DNA of 64,000 bases from an uncultured delta proteobacterium (GTDB lineage Bacteria; Desulfobacterota; Binatia; UBA9968), in contig CAVYTU010000019.1 in assembly GCA_963771465.1 (NCBI GenBank), positions 64,001 to 128,000 of the forward strand, in the 5' to 3' direction. The notes under the pieces were generated by a model that was given only the letters and a program-made list of their open reading frames with translations, did no database searches and had not been told where the DNA came from. Positions 19,935 to 29,826 of the stretch are shown here, in pieces (the stretch's first letter is position 1; each line of letters begins with the position of its first letter). The position numbers and the translations under genes are program-made.

Positions 19935-20815
19935 CGATCCGACATGCGATGGAGCAGCGATCCGTAGGAATCGACGCGTCGATCGCGCAGAAACGGCCAG
20001 CTTTGGCGCGTTTCTTCGATCTTGGCCAAATCGCATTTGGCGATGAGAATCTCCTCGCGCTGGTCGTTGGCCTGAGCGACGATCTCGCCCAACGGTCCGG
20101 CGACGAACGAATGGCCCCAGAAATTTATCTTGCCCTCGCGACCGACGCGATTGGCGGCGGCGACGTAAACGCCGTTTGCTACGGCATGCGAGCGCTGAAT
20201 CAATTGCCAAGCCTCGCGTTGATTTTGCGCCACGGCGCGGGGCTCGTTGGGAATCCAGCCGATGGCGGTTGGATAAAAAATAATCTGTGCGCCGGACAGC
20301 GCCGCCAAACGCGCGCCTTCGGGAAACCACTGGTCCCAACAGACGAGAGCGGCAATCTTCGCATAACGCGTTTGAAAACTGGGGAAGCCGAGATCGCCCG
20401 GGGTAAAATAAAACTTTTCGTAATAAAGCGGATCGTCGGGGATATGCATCTTGCGATACTTGCCGGCGATCGATCCATCGGCGTCCAGCACCACCGCCGT
20501 ATTGTGATAAATCCCGGCGGCGCGACGCTCGAACAAAGAGGCAACGATGACGATTTTTTTCCGCCGCGCCAACTCTCCCAAAGTCGCCGTGCTCGGTCCG
20601 GGAATCGCTTCGGCCAGCTTGAAGTTGCGCTGGTCTTCGCTCTGACAAAAATAACGGGAGCGAAACAGCTCTTGCAGGCAAATCACCTGCGCGCCTTTTT
20701 TGGCGGCGACTTCGATCCGTTCAATCGCGTGGGCAAGATTGGCGCCGGGATCGGTGCTACAGCTCATCTGCACGAGGCCGACTTTGATTTCTCCCGGCTT
20801 GGTTTTACGCGGCAT
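19931..20815 (-). CDS. aguB: N-carbamoylputrescine amidase (carbon-nitrogen hydrolase)
   Basis: QELF, YRKMHIPDDP.YYEKFYF and CWDQWFPE triad motifs; adjacent to aguA. Confidence 0.92.
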   Translation of the reverse strand: MPRKTKPGEIKVGLVQMSCSTDPGANLAHAIERIEVAAKKGAQVICLQELFRSRYFCQSEDQRNFKLAEAIPGPSTATLGELARRKKIVIVASLFERRAAGIYHNTAVVLDADGSIAGKYRKMHIPDDPLYYEKFYFTPGDLGFPSFQTRYAKIAALVCWDQWFPEGARLAALSGAQIIFYPTAIGWIPNEPRAVAQNQREAWQLIQRSHAVANGVYVAAANRVGREGKINFWGHSFVAGPLGEIVAQANDQREEILIAKCDLAKIEETRQSWPFLRDRRVDSYGSLLHRMSDR

Positions 20816-20852
20816 GATGAAAGCTAATGTAGCGGATTTCTTTTACAGAAAC

Positions 20853-20891
20853 AAAAAAGGGAGAGGAAAAGTTGCGACCTTTCCTCTCCCC
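20853..20891 (-). terminator. Intrinsic terminator
   Basis: GGGAGAGGAAA...TTTCCTCTCCC stem preceded by an A-run. Confidence 0.75.
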
Positions 20892-20912
20892 CAAACGAAC
20901 CGCCCAATCAGC

Positions 20913-21632
20913 CTATTTCAGATGCTGTGCGAAGAACGACTTGGTTTTTTCCCAAGCATCCTGCGCCGATTTCTCATGATAACTGCCGCGCTCGTCGCAG
21001 AAAAAGCCGTGACCCGCGTCCGGATAGATTTTCATCTGAAAGGGCACCTGCTTGGTCGTGAGTTCGGTGTTGATCTGGCCAACCTGATCCATCGGAATCA
21101 ATTGATCTTTGGCGCCGAAGAAAAGATACATCGGGCACTTGATCTCGCCCGTACGCGACAGCGGGCTCGGATTGCCCATCGGAATACCGCCGCCGTAATA
21201 GGGCACGGCGCATTTGACGTCGTTGGCGTGATGCGCCGCCGCGAGATAGGTAAGCCGGCCGCCCATGCAAAAGCCGATCACACCGAGCGAACCGGCCTTC
21301 ACGTTGCTCTGCGCTTTCAAGTGCGCGATCGCCGCGCCAACATCTTCCATCGCCTTGGGATCCTGCACGCGCTGCAAAGTCGCGATCGCTTTAGCCATAT
21401 CGGAAAATGGAATAATGCGCTCCGCCTCGCGATGGAAAATATCCGGCGCGATCGCCACATAGCCTTCCGCCGCGATCCGGTCGGTCACCTTCTTGATGTG
21501 ATCGTTGACGCCGAACGCTTCCTGAATGACGACCACACTGGGATAGCTGCCGCCGTCTTTGGGCTGCGACAAATAAGCATCCATCTTGCCGTCTGAGGTA
21601 TTGAGCTGAACCGTCGAACTGGAAACGTCCAT
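20913..21632 (-). CDS. Dienelactone hydrolase family protein
   Basis: QEAFGV, GFCMGG nucleophile motif and AGHGF. Confidence 0.92.
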   Translation of the reverse strand: MDVSSSTVQLNTSDGKMDAYLSQPKDGGSYPSVVVIQEAFGVNDHIKKVTDRIAAEGYVAIAPDIFHREAERIIPFSDMAKAIATLQRVQDPKAMEDVGAAIAHLKAQSNVKAGSLGVIGFCMGGRLTYLAAAHHANDVKCAVPYYGGGIPMGNPSPLSRTGEIKCPMYLFFGAKDQLIPMDQVGQINTELTTKQVPFQMKIYPDAGHGFFCDERGSYHEKSAQDAWEKTKSFFAQHLK

Positions 21633-21726
21633 CACAGGCCTCCTTGAATGAATTCAGTCAAGTCGAATTGATTTTGCTGTATCAGATTTCAATCCCTCGT
21701 TCCACCCTTCTTGATTCCAAATCTCG

Positions 21727-21755
21727 AAAAAAAGGGCGGGCTAATCGCCCGCCCT
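21727..21755 (-). terminator. Intrinsic terminator
   Basis: A7-GGGCGGGC-TAATC-GCCCGCCC. Confidence 0.85.
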
Positions 21756-21807
21756 CACGCGTCATAAATCAAGTGACGACGCAAGTTCGCGCCGCGCTCG
21801 GAAATCG

Positions 21808-22950
21808 CTATTTCTTCGGATGCCAGTCGTAGCTGGCGACTTTGTAAGCTTCGTCAGGAATCAAACTGGTAATCCCGCGCTGACTGAGCTCGCCTTCAAA
21901 TTTCTCGCGAATCCACGGATCTTCGTCGATGTATTCGATCATGTCCTTGGCGCGGTCCTCGATCTTTTCCGCGTGGCCGCGGAACTGCCGCGGCGGATGG
22001 AGCGCGAGATAGCGCGCCGGGATGGCGCCGACGTTGAAATGTTGATGGAACCAGTTGGCGGGCGGCACGAACATGCTTCCCTCATGCCAGGGTGCAACGA
22101 TTTTATCTTTGCCCTGTTCCCAAAGAATCGAATAGCCCTCGCCGGCGGGAATCACGATCACGCGCCCGGGACCGTGGCGATGCGCTTTCTTGTAAGTACG
22201 GTCCGGGAAAACCGACATGTGACAAGACATTTCTGAGTTGGGAAACATGATCGTCACGCTCATGCCGCCGCGCCGATTGGTGCTCAGGTTGTCCCACGCC
22301 GCCATGTCGGGGAAAAAGTTGCCGAACCAGTACACCCGCTTGCCGCCCCAGGCGAGCGCGGGATCGCCGTTCTCGACCAGTTTCGCCTCGGAATAGGTTT
22401 CGCCCTCGTTGGCGGCGTCAACCTTTTGATAAGGATTGTTGAAATAAAAACGCGGATCAGTATTCAGCGAGGTCGCCAACGGCAGATAGCTGTAACGCAG
22501 CACCCGCGCCGGCCGGTCACCGCGCATATTGCCCAGCTGCTGATATTGATTGGCGCCGATCTCAAAAAGGCTGCGGTCTTGCCACTCAAAAGTTTTCTTC
22601 GGCCCGCGATCATCCGTCCAAACCGTGGTAACACCTCGGCCCTGAAGAACGTAAATCACTTCGTCCAGGGCGAATTTCACCGGCGGTAAAGTTTTTCCCG
22701 GCGGAATCTCCATGACCGTCGCGGAGGTGATGCCTTCCTGGCCCATGAGTTGTATGAATGCCGCATTGCACTGGCGGTCATCCCACCAGCCCAATTCGAC
22801 CGTGCGCAGGTCTTCGATGAAATAGCCGCGATGGATCGGAATACCGACCGAGTCCATCCAGCGATCGTAAGTATAATTTTTGGTTTCCAACACCACCGGC
22901 CCCGGTTCGAAATATTGGTTCTTAGTTATTTGCTCAGCAATTGTGGTCAT
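21808..22950 (-). CDS. Bicupin protein, paralog of 2529-3620
   Basis: KAHRHGPG...WFHQHFN; the N-terminal domain lacks the His motif. Confidence 0.85.
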   Translation of the reverse strand: MTTIAEQITKNQYFEPGPVVLETKNYTYDRWMDSVGIPIHRGYFIEDLRTVELGWWDDRQCNAAFIQLMGQEGITSATVMEIPPGKTLPPVKFALDEVIYVLQGRGVTTVWTDDRGPKKTFEWQDRSLFEIGANQYQQLGNMRGDRPARVLRYSYLPLATSLNTDPRFYFNNPYQKVDAANEGETYSEAKLVENGDPALAWGGKRVYWFGNFFPDMAAWDNLSTNRRGGMSVTIMFPNSEMSCHMSVFPDRTYKKAHRHGPGRVIVIPAGEGYSILWEQGKDKIVAPWHEGSMFVPPANWFHQHFNVGAIPARYLALHPPRQFRGHAEKIEDRAKDMIEYIDEDPWIREKFEGELSQRGITSLIPDEAYKVASYDWHPKK

Positions 22951-23052
22951 GATTAATCTCCTTGCTCATGGTTCTACTCTATTCGTATTCGAATTTTCAA
23001 CCGATAGCGAATGGCAATGTGCCGCACGAGTGAATCCGAAATTCGAAATTGA

Positions 23053-24147
23053 TTACACTTCGGGCCGAATGCTGACGTGAATCACACCGGGTCCTGCTTC
23101 GCCGGCAAACGCCCGGATCGCCTCGTTGACGTGATTCAAATCGAACTGATGCGTGCTGATCTCGCCGAGGGGATATCTGCCCGAAGCCATCACTTGCAGG
23201 CCCAACTCAAAAGCCGTGAAAGAGGAACCCTGGACCCATTTCATGGTGATCAGCTTGCGGCCGAAGCCGCGCGTCGGAACTTCTTGATCGCCCGGCCCGG
23301 CGAGCACGATGGTGCTTATCTTGGATGCGCATTCGAGCGCGTCGCGCACAGTCGATTTGCCGCCGCGCGATACGTTGACCACCACGTCGGCCCCTTGGCC
23401 GTTGGTGATTTCTTTCACCCGCTCGCGCAAGTTTTCTTTTTCGACATCGATCATATGATGGGCGCCGAGCTTGCGCGCGAGCTCGAAGCGCGCCGCATCG
23501 CGTGTTAGACCGCTGATAATAATGCACTGAGCACCGGCCTCGCGCGCCGCGACGACACTCGACAAGCCCATCTGTCCGGGGCCCTGAATGACGACGGTCT
23601 TACCCGGCGCCGCACCACCCTGAAGATAAGCCCATTGCATGCCGTTGGCTAACGGAACGAATAACGCGGCCTGGGTGGCCGGCACATGGGCGGGAATCTT
23701 GTGCACGATCGCGTTGGGCGGCAGATATAAATACTGACTGAAGCCGCCCCACAGTGATGGCGCGACATTGACCGGCGTATTGCCGTAGCGCAGAATTGTC
23801 CGGCCGGGCAGCTTGTCGGTCTGATCGCAAAAGCGATACTCGCCGATCCGGCACCAGCGGCAGGTGCCGCAGGGCAGATACTGCTCGATCACCACGCGGT
23901 CGCCTTCTTTAACGCCCCAGCGCTCGGCCGCGTTGGCGCCGATCTTGGCGAGAAAGCCGACATTCTCATGGCCGCGAATGCGCGGCGCGCCGGCAAACTC
24001 CTCATAGCCGCCGATGTCGCTGCCACAAATCCCGGCGACCTCGACTTTGAGCAATGCATCATCAGCGGAAATCTCCGGCATCGGATAATCCCGCAGCTCA
24101 ATGTTCCGCGCGCCAACCTGGGTCGCCGCCAAAACTCTTTCACTCAT
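23053..24147 (-). CDS. Zn-dependent medium-chain dehydrogenase
   Basis: GICGSD, GHE, CGTCRWC...C and GPGQMG. Confidence 0.92.
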   Translation of the reverse strand: MSERVLAATQVGARNIELRDYPMPEISADDALLKVEVAGICGSDIGGYEEFAGAPRIRGHENVGFLAKIGANAAERWGVKEGDRVVIEQYLPCGTCRWCRIGEYRFCDQTDKLPGRTILRYGNTPVNVAPSLWGGFSQYLYLPPNAIVHKIPAHVPATQAALFVPLANGMQWAYLQGGAAPGKTVVIQGPGQMGLSSVVAAREAGAQCIIISGLTRDAARFELARKLGAHHMIDVEKENLRERVKEITNGQGADVVVNVSRGGKSTVRDALECASKISTIVLAGPGDQEVPTRGFGRKLITMKWVQGSSFTAFELGLQVMASGRYPLGEISTHQFDLNHVNEAIRAFAGEAGPGVIHVSIRPEV

Positions 24148-24235
24148 GAAATACTTCCTTCCTAGCGCCATGCCATTGAGGCCGTGCTCGTTGTTCGAAG
24201 CCGCACGGAGAAAAACCCGCACGAGTCAAACACGA

Positions 24236-25594
24236 TCACGTTCCGGTCAATTCGCGAAAGCGATGCTTGGTCCGGTCGATCTCAGTGAGCGCGTCTTTGA
24301 CGCAATCTTCGAACGGCACCTTCTTTTCGCGGATCAGCGACACGCCGCGCACGCCGTCGTAGCAATCTGGATTGAGCGCTTCCGCCGGCTCCTTGCCTTC
24401 GCACAGATCGTTCGCCGCGTTGAGCAAGAGCTTGCGCATTTCAATAATGCCCACGTCGGTAACGCCGAGCATCTCTTCGGTCCGATCGGTAATCGGCCCC
24501 ATGCTCACCTGCGCCGCCATGTCTTGGTTGCCGGTGCCGTAGATGCCGGTGAAGTTGTAGGTGCGCTGGAGCTCGCGGTCGAGTTGAAAGTCATTGGCCT
24601 TGTTGGCCAGCGGCTTATACTCTTTGTCCACCGGCGCGCCAAAACGACCGTCGGTCTGGCCGGTGCGCATGGCGTAGATCTCATCGTTGGTCAGCGGCCG
24701 ATTCATGGTCACGCGGAACGTCCACACCCAGCAATTTTCATCGTCGATGGGCACGAACGCATGACCGCCTGGGTCGCGCGGCGGCATGGTGTAGAACGGC
24801 ATGAGAAACTGATTGATGCGCCAGTAATAATTTTGTTCGCTGATCGTGCCGCGCGCGCCGATGGCAAGACCGTAGTCAGTCCGCTGCGCCATCACCCGCG
24901 GCATCTTGTCCGCCATGCGAAAGAGAATATCCAACTCGCGCGGCGAGAGACTGTCGGGGTTTTCGTTGTAGCGCTTGCGCAAGGACTCCGTGGCTTTCTG
25001 AAAATTGGCCGTATTGTGGTAGGCATCGAGGCGGCCGTGGAGAAAGCGCGTGTGCGCCGAGTCGATGCCGCCTTCGAGGGCTTGAAAATAGTTGGATTCC
25101 TGCAAGCGCTTGATGACGAACTTATGATCCGCCGGGACCTGCGTGATCGGTAAGCGCGGCAGCTCCGGCATCCCGTCCTTCGGCCCCATATACGCCCAGA
25201 TGACGCCGCCCGCTTCGCGCAGGGAATAAGCAGTCAGCTTTACTTTCTCTTTGAAGTTGGACTCTGGAGGTTCCGTCGGCAAATCAACGCAGTTGCCATC
25301 GACATCATATTTCCAGCCGTGATAAATACAGCGCAGTCCGCATTCCTCATTGCGGCCGAAAAACAGATGAGCACGGCGGTGGGCACAATAAGCGCTGACC
25401 AGACCGAGCTTGCCGTTGGTATCGCGGAACGCAACTAAATCTTCCGAGAGCAACCGCACGCGCACCGGCGCGCAGTCCGGCGCGGGCAACTCGTCCGACA
25501 GCAACGCCGGCAACCAAAACCGGCGCAAGAGTTGGCCCATCGGCGTCCCTGGACCCGTCTTCGTTAGTAATTCGTTTTCTTCTCTACTGAGCAT
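24236..25594 (-). CDS. Rieske non-heme iron oxygenase alpha subunit (phthalate 4,5-dioxygenase/LigX-like)
   Basis: CAHR...CIYHGW; EGGIDSAH..FLH; QD. Confidence 0.92.
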   Translation of the reverse strand: MLSREENELLTKTGPGTPMGQLLRRFWLPALLSDELPAPDCAPVRVRLLSEDLVAFRDTNGKLGLVSAYCAHRRAHLFFGRNEECGLRCIYHGWKYDVDGNCVDLPTEPPESNFKEKVKLTAYSLREAGGVIWAYMGPKDGMPELPRLPITQVPADHKFVIKRLQESNYFQALEGGIDSAHTRFLHGRLDAYHNTANFQKATESLRKRYNENPDSLSPRELDILFRMADKMPRVMAQRTDYGLAIGARGTISEQNYYWRINQFLMPFYTMPPRDPGGHAFVPIDDENCWVWTFRVTMNRPLTNDEIYAMRTGQTDGRFGAPVDKEYKPLANKANDFQLDRELQRTYNFTGIYGTGNQDMAAQVSMGPITDRTEEMLGVTDVGIIEMRKLLLNAANDLCEGKEPAEALNPDCYDGVRGVSLIREKKVPFEDCVKDALTEIDRTKHRFRELTGT

Positions 25595-25938
25595 CCCTCA
25601 CTCCTTGTGAAACGTAAATCAGAACTGATGTTGTGTTGAGCAACGGAGCATCGCAACTTTTCTTTGCCGCGATTTCTTACACCCCTGCGCCACTGGTTGG
25701 ATTGGCGATCGCGCTGATGATCGTTCTCTGCTCACCGACTGGGTAATAACAATCGTATTGCCGCCGTTGAGCTTTGATCGTCTCGCTTCCAACGGTCATA
25801 GAACAAGGCCGAAAAGAGATCAAGCCGCGGTATAAAACCAACAGCAATGTGGTCAGAACAATCGCGGAGAAAATTTAATAACGCCGCCAAACGTACAAGC
25901 AGAAATACTTCCTGCGCGAGTGGAAAAACTGGCAGATC

Positions 25939-25993
25939 AAAAAATTTTGACGCCGGACATGGTAATCAATGATCACCCTGCCCGGCGTCAAAA
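25939..25993 (-). terminator. Hairpin, probable terminator
   Basis: TTTTGACGCCGG...CCGGCGTCAAAA preceded by an A-run, just downstream of 26012. Confidence 0.6.
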
Positions 25994-26011
25994 GGGTAGG
26001 ACCTACGGAGA

Positions 26012-26290
26012 TTAACGTGTTTCGATCGATTTAACTCGCACGTCTCCTCCACCGCGGTCGTCAAACATGACTTTCACTTTCGTGTCAGCTTTTAGGAGAT
26101 CGGCTTTATCCTTGGCATCGCCGCTGCTCACTTTGGCCTTCTGTTCCCAATCCTTGCCTTTCACAGTGACCATGCGCGATTCCTTGTCGTAAGCCGAGAC
26201 CGTCCCATTCTTCGCTTCCTGCGCGAAACTGACGGCAGGAACTAACATCAGAGCTAGAGAAAGCCCGATCAGTTGTTTTTTCAACGTCAT
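26012..26290 (-). CDS. Small secreted beta-rich (OB-fold-like) protein
   Basis: Sec signal ending SFA-Q; strong GGAGGTG RBS; GTVSAYD..SRMVTVK pattern. Confidence 0.8.
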   Translation of the reverse strand: MTLKKQLIGLSLALMLVPAVSFAQEAKNGTVSAYDKESRMVTVKGKDWEQKAKVSSGDAKDKADLLKADTKVKVMFDDRGGGDVRVKSIETR

Positions 26291-26596
26291 ATAGTTTTTT
26301 CACCTCCTTTCATTGCTGAGCTATAATCATAGACGATTCCTGCGCCGAATTATTCAAATTGCCAACGCATTGCCGAGTCTCCTACCACACAATTACTCGC
26401 GCGGCAAATCCGCAAAAGGGGCAAAGGATTTATCCTTGCCTACAGAAATTTTTCATAGGAATTCCCCACTGTCAAGGCTTTGGTACAACTTTGCCATTAA
26501 CCGGCTACTAAACTCTGGACTTTCTTGGCGAAATTGACTTGACTTGCTTGTCGCTACTTCGATATGGAGAACCCTGCCGTTAAACAGTGACTGACA

Positions 26597-27982
26597 ATGG
26601 GTGTAACCGCAGATATCGTCCGCTTCGTCGATGAAGCCAGCTTCGACGCGTTACCGGACCAAGTTGTCTTTAGAACCAAGACGCTGATCGCGGATGCCAT
26701 CGGCACCATGCTCGCCGGCTCGGTTGAGGATGGCAGCCGTATTTTGCAAAGTTATTTGCGGCGCACCGAAAGCCGTAAGGACGCAACCGTGGTTGGCGCG
26801 GGTTTTAAAGGCTGCGGCACTGCCGCGGCGCTGGCAAACGCAGCGGCGGGACATGCTCTCGACTTCGATAGCATTCAACTTTCCGTCTGGCCGGGAACCG
26901 CCCACGGCATTCGCATCCATCCAACCACTCCCGCGCTCGCTGCCGCGTTGGCGGTGGGAGAGCCGCGCAACATCACCGGCAGGGAGTTAATACTGGCTTG
27001 CGCCGTCGGCATCGAAGTGGGTTGCCGCGTCACCGAAGCGATCCCGCCGGACGCCTACCATGTCGCTTATCAATCGACGGCCACCATGGGCGGGCTGGAC
27101 GCTGCGGCAGCGGCGGGAAAAATTTTCGCTTTAAATCGTGATCAGCTCATGCGCGCCATGGGTTTAGCCGCGACCATGGCCGGCGGGTTACGAGAAAACT
27201 TCGGCACCATGACCAAACCGTTTCACTCCGGCCGCGCCGCCGAAGCGGGAGTTCTCGCGGCCGAATTGGCGCAAGACGGTTTCACATCGGCGCCCCACAT
27301 ACTCGAAGCGCATCGCGGCTTTTTCCTCGCCATGGGCGGCAAACATGACCCGGCGCAAATTTCGGGAAAATTGGGCACGCCCTATTTCATCATGGATCCG
27401 GGACTGCATATCAAACGATATCCCTGCGCGATTCTCGTCCATCCGGCCATCGCCGCCATGATTGAAATCGCCAATGCGCATGGCCTCACAGCGGAAAACG
27501 TCGCGCGCATCGAAGTCGGCGTCAGCGACGTTGTCACCTCCACGCTCAATCACCCCGAGCCAAAAACCGGCTTAGAGGGGAAATTCAGCGTCGCCTTTCC
27601 GCTCGCTCATGCGCTGATCGAGCGCCGATTGGGCTTGAACGATTTTACCGATGAAAAAGTTAATGATCCAAAAGTTCAGGGTTTGATGAAAAAGTTCGCG
27701 GTGCGCACCGATCCGAAGCTGCTGCAAGGCGACGGCAACGAAGTCACGGCCAAGCTGATGATCGAATTGACTGACGGCCAACGCATCGAGCGCTTGGCTA
27801 GCCTGGAACGAGGCAAGGCGCAGAAATGGATCAGCACCGGCGAACTGGAAGAGAAATTTCGCCAATGCGCCGCCCGCGTATTGCCCGACGAACAAGCCAA
27901 GCGCGCGTTCGATTTCGCCCTCGATCTCGATAGCGCGAAAAGTATTCACGCCCTGATGGAGCTGGTCGGCGCCAGAGCATAG
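26597..27982 (+). CDS. MmgE/PrpD family protein
   Basis: HALDFD...HP, TKPFHSGRAA, KRYPC and GKFS motifs. Confidence 0.92.
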   Translation: MGVTADIVRFVDEASFDALPDQVVFRTKTLIADAIGTMLAGSVEDGSRILQSYLRRTESRKDATVVGAGFKGCGTAAALANAAAGHALDFDSIQLSVWPGTAHGIRIHPTTPALAAALAVGEPRNITGRELILACAVGIEVGCRVTEAIPPDAYHVAYQSTATMGGLDAAAAAGKIFALNRDQLMRAMGLAATMAGGLRENFGTMTKPFHSGRAAEAGVLAAELAQDGFTSAPHILEAHRGFFLAMGGKHDPAQISGKLGTPYFIMDPGLHIKRYPCAILVHPAIAAMIEIANAHGLTAENVARIEVGVSDVVTSTLNHPEPKTGLEGKFSVAFPLAHALIERRLGLNDFTDEKVNDPKVQGLMKKFAVRTDPKLLQGDGNEVTAKLMIELTDGQRIERLASLERGKAQKWISTGELEEKFRQCAARVLPDEQAKRAFDFALDLDSAKSIHALMELVGARA

Positions 27983-27989
27983 GAAAATC

Positions 27990-28751
27990 ATGGACAGCAA
28001 TATCCAACGGCTGCTGCCGCGCTTTCGCTACGGTTTGATCAACCCGCGCGCGCCGGGAAAAGTCCAGCGCGGCCTGAGCTACCAGTTTTATCGCATCGTG
28101 CCGCCGGACGTGATGGAAGTCGTCACCGGACTGGGACTTGACGACTACGCGCCGGAGGCCGTGGAAAAAGCCATCGGCAACTACTGGGACTGTGTTCACG
28201 CCCTGGTGCAAGAAAAAGTTGACGTCATCGTGCTCGGCGGCGTGCCGATTTCCGTGCGCTTGGGCCGTGCTCGACTGCGTGAGCTGCTCGCTGAGACCAC
28301 AGAAAAAACCGGCATCCGCGCCGACGCACCTCTCGAAGCGCTGATCGCCGCCATGAAACACCTCGGCTTGGAAAAAGTCGTCATCGGCAGCCGCTGGGGC
28401 GACAACGTCAACCAAGCGATCATCCGTTACCTGCACGACGGTGAAGTCGAGGTTGTCGGCATCACCAAACGAAATCAGAACGCCGTGGACGCCGCGGCGA
28501 TGTCTTTTGAAGAGGGTTTACAGACCGCCCTCGACGTGGGCCGAGAAGCGGCAAGCTTGGCGCCTGAAGCAGAAGCGGTTTTCATCCCCGGCGCCGCGGC
28601 TATGAGCCTGCATGCCATCCCCGCCGTCGAAGTGGAGTTTGCCAAGCCGGCGTTTAGCAATCTGAGTCTCGAAGTGTGGAACAATTTGATTCGGCCGGGC
28701 GTAATCGCTCCAGTTCATGGCTGGGGCGAGCTGCTGGCGCAAGAAACTTAA
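27990..28751 (+). CDS. Asp/Glu racemase / maleate isomerase / arylmalonate decarboxylase-fold protein lacking catalytic Cys
   Basis: YGLINP, VDVIVLGGVPIS, AAMKHLGLEKV, AEAVFIPG and FAKPAFSN. Confidence 0.75.
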   Translation: MDSNIQRLLPRFRYGLINPRAPGKVQRGLSYQFYRIVPPDVMEVVTGLGLDDYAPEAVEKAIGNYWDCVHALVQEKVDVIVLGGVPISVRLGRARLRELLAETTEKTGIRADAPLEALIAAMKHLGLEKVVIGSRWGDNVNQAIIRYLHDGEVEVVGITKRNQNAVDAAAMSFEEGLQTALDVGREAASLAPEAEAVFIPGAAAMSLHAIPAVEVEFAKPAFSNLSLEVWNNLIRPGVIAPVHGWGELLAQET

Positions 28752-28774
28752 TGAAACGTAATGGGGGAAATTCG

Positions 28775-29758
28775 ATGAACTCAAAATCCTTGGGAATGAT
28801 CGCTCGGATGGCGCTCACTGTGTTGCTCGCGGCGCCTTCGCTCTACGCCGCCGAAAGCTATCCGAGCAAGCCACTGCTGTTCGTAACTCACAGTGGGCCG
28901 GGCGGCGGCATGGATACCATGCTCAGGCGTATCACCGACGTCATGGCCAAGGAAAAATTAGTCTCTCAACAAATGCGCGTGGAAAATATTCAAGGCGGCG
29001 GCAGCGCCAAAGCGATGACCTCGATCGTCAAGCGCAAAGGCGACGATCATGTTTTGGCCGGGCTCACTAGCGTTTGGGTGGCGGCGCCGCTGATCTCAAC
29101 GGACATCAAGGTGAGCTACAAAGACATGACAACAATTGCCATGCTCGGGCTCGACCCCAACTTGGTCGTGGTGCGCGCAGATTCGCCGTTCAAGACCATC
29201 AAGGATCTAATCGACTTTGCTAAGGCGAATCCGAATAAGGTCAAGCAAGCCGGCGCTTCCGTAACCAGCAATCCCAACTTCGACCGCATGATCATCGGCG
29301 AAGCCACCGGCGCCCACTGGGACTATGTCGCGTTTCCCAGCGGCGGCGAGGCGATCACAGCGCTATTGGGCGGACACGTCAACTTGGTGATCGGCCAGCC
29401 CGCCGACATGGGTGGCCATCTTAAAGCCGGCGCACTGCGCGCGCTCGCCAGTTTTTCGGAAGCGCGCCTTGCCGGTTATCCGACCGTGCCGACATTACGC
29501 GAGGCCGGCGTCACGGCGCGCGTCTCGCGCGGCACGGTGCGCGGCATCGTCGCGCCGCCCGACATTCCCGCATCCTCAGTGCAGTACTGGGAAGACGTCT
29601 TACGTAAACTTACCAAGACCCAAGGCTACCAACAGTTTGCTGCCGAGATCGAGTTGTTTCCGAAATTTCTCAACAGCAAAGAGTTCAAACAATTTTTGGA
29701 TGAGGAAACCGAACTTATGACCAAGTCCCTGGCGCGTTTGGGCGATGTCAAGAAATAA
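28775..29758 (+). CDS. tctC: Tripartite tricarboxylate transporter substrate-binding protein
   Basis: YPSKP, GPGGGMD, VENIQGGGS and VPTLREAG; signal peptide. Confidence 0.9.
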   Translation: MNSKSLGMIARMALTVLLAAPSLYAAESYPSKPLLFVTHSGPGGGMDTMLRRITDVMAKEKLVSQQMRVENIQGGGSAKAMTSIVKRKGDDHVLAGLTSVWVAAPLISTDIKVSYKDMTTIAMLGLDPNLVVVRADSPFKTIKDLIDFAKANPNKVKQAGASVTSNPNFDRMIIGEATGAHWDYVAFPSGGEAITALLGGHVNLVIGQPADMGGHLKAGALRALASFSEARLAGYPTVPTLREAGVTARVSRGTVRGIVAPPDIPASSVQYWEDVLRKLTKTQGYQQFAAEIELFPKFLNSKEFKQFLDEETELMTKSLARLGDVKK

Positions 29759-29826
29759 GGAATCGCCAAGTGATCTGTGCCCCTCTGTGGTGAGAATCTC
29801 GCAGAACCATTGCTGAAGGAGTTACT

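Noticed and set aside
18828-20681. 617-aa ORF suggesting an extended or fused agmatine deiminase
   Set aside because: The extension is an alternate frame of aguB; ATG 19934 overlaps the aguB stop (ATGA)
25595-25938. Long intergenic region as an ncRNA or riboswitch (also 43547-43850)
   Set aside because: No recognisable conserved RNA motif by eye; an Rfam scan would be needed
26481-26495. TGGTACAACTTTGCC as a sigma54 promoter for the prpD operon
   Set aside because: GG-GC spacing is 9, not 10
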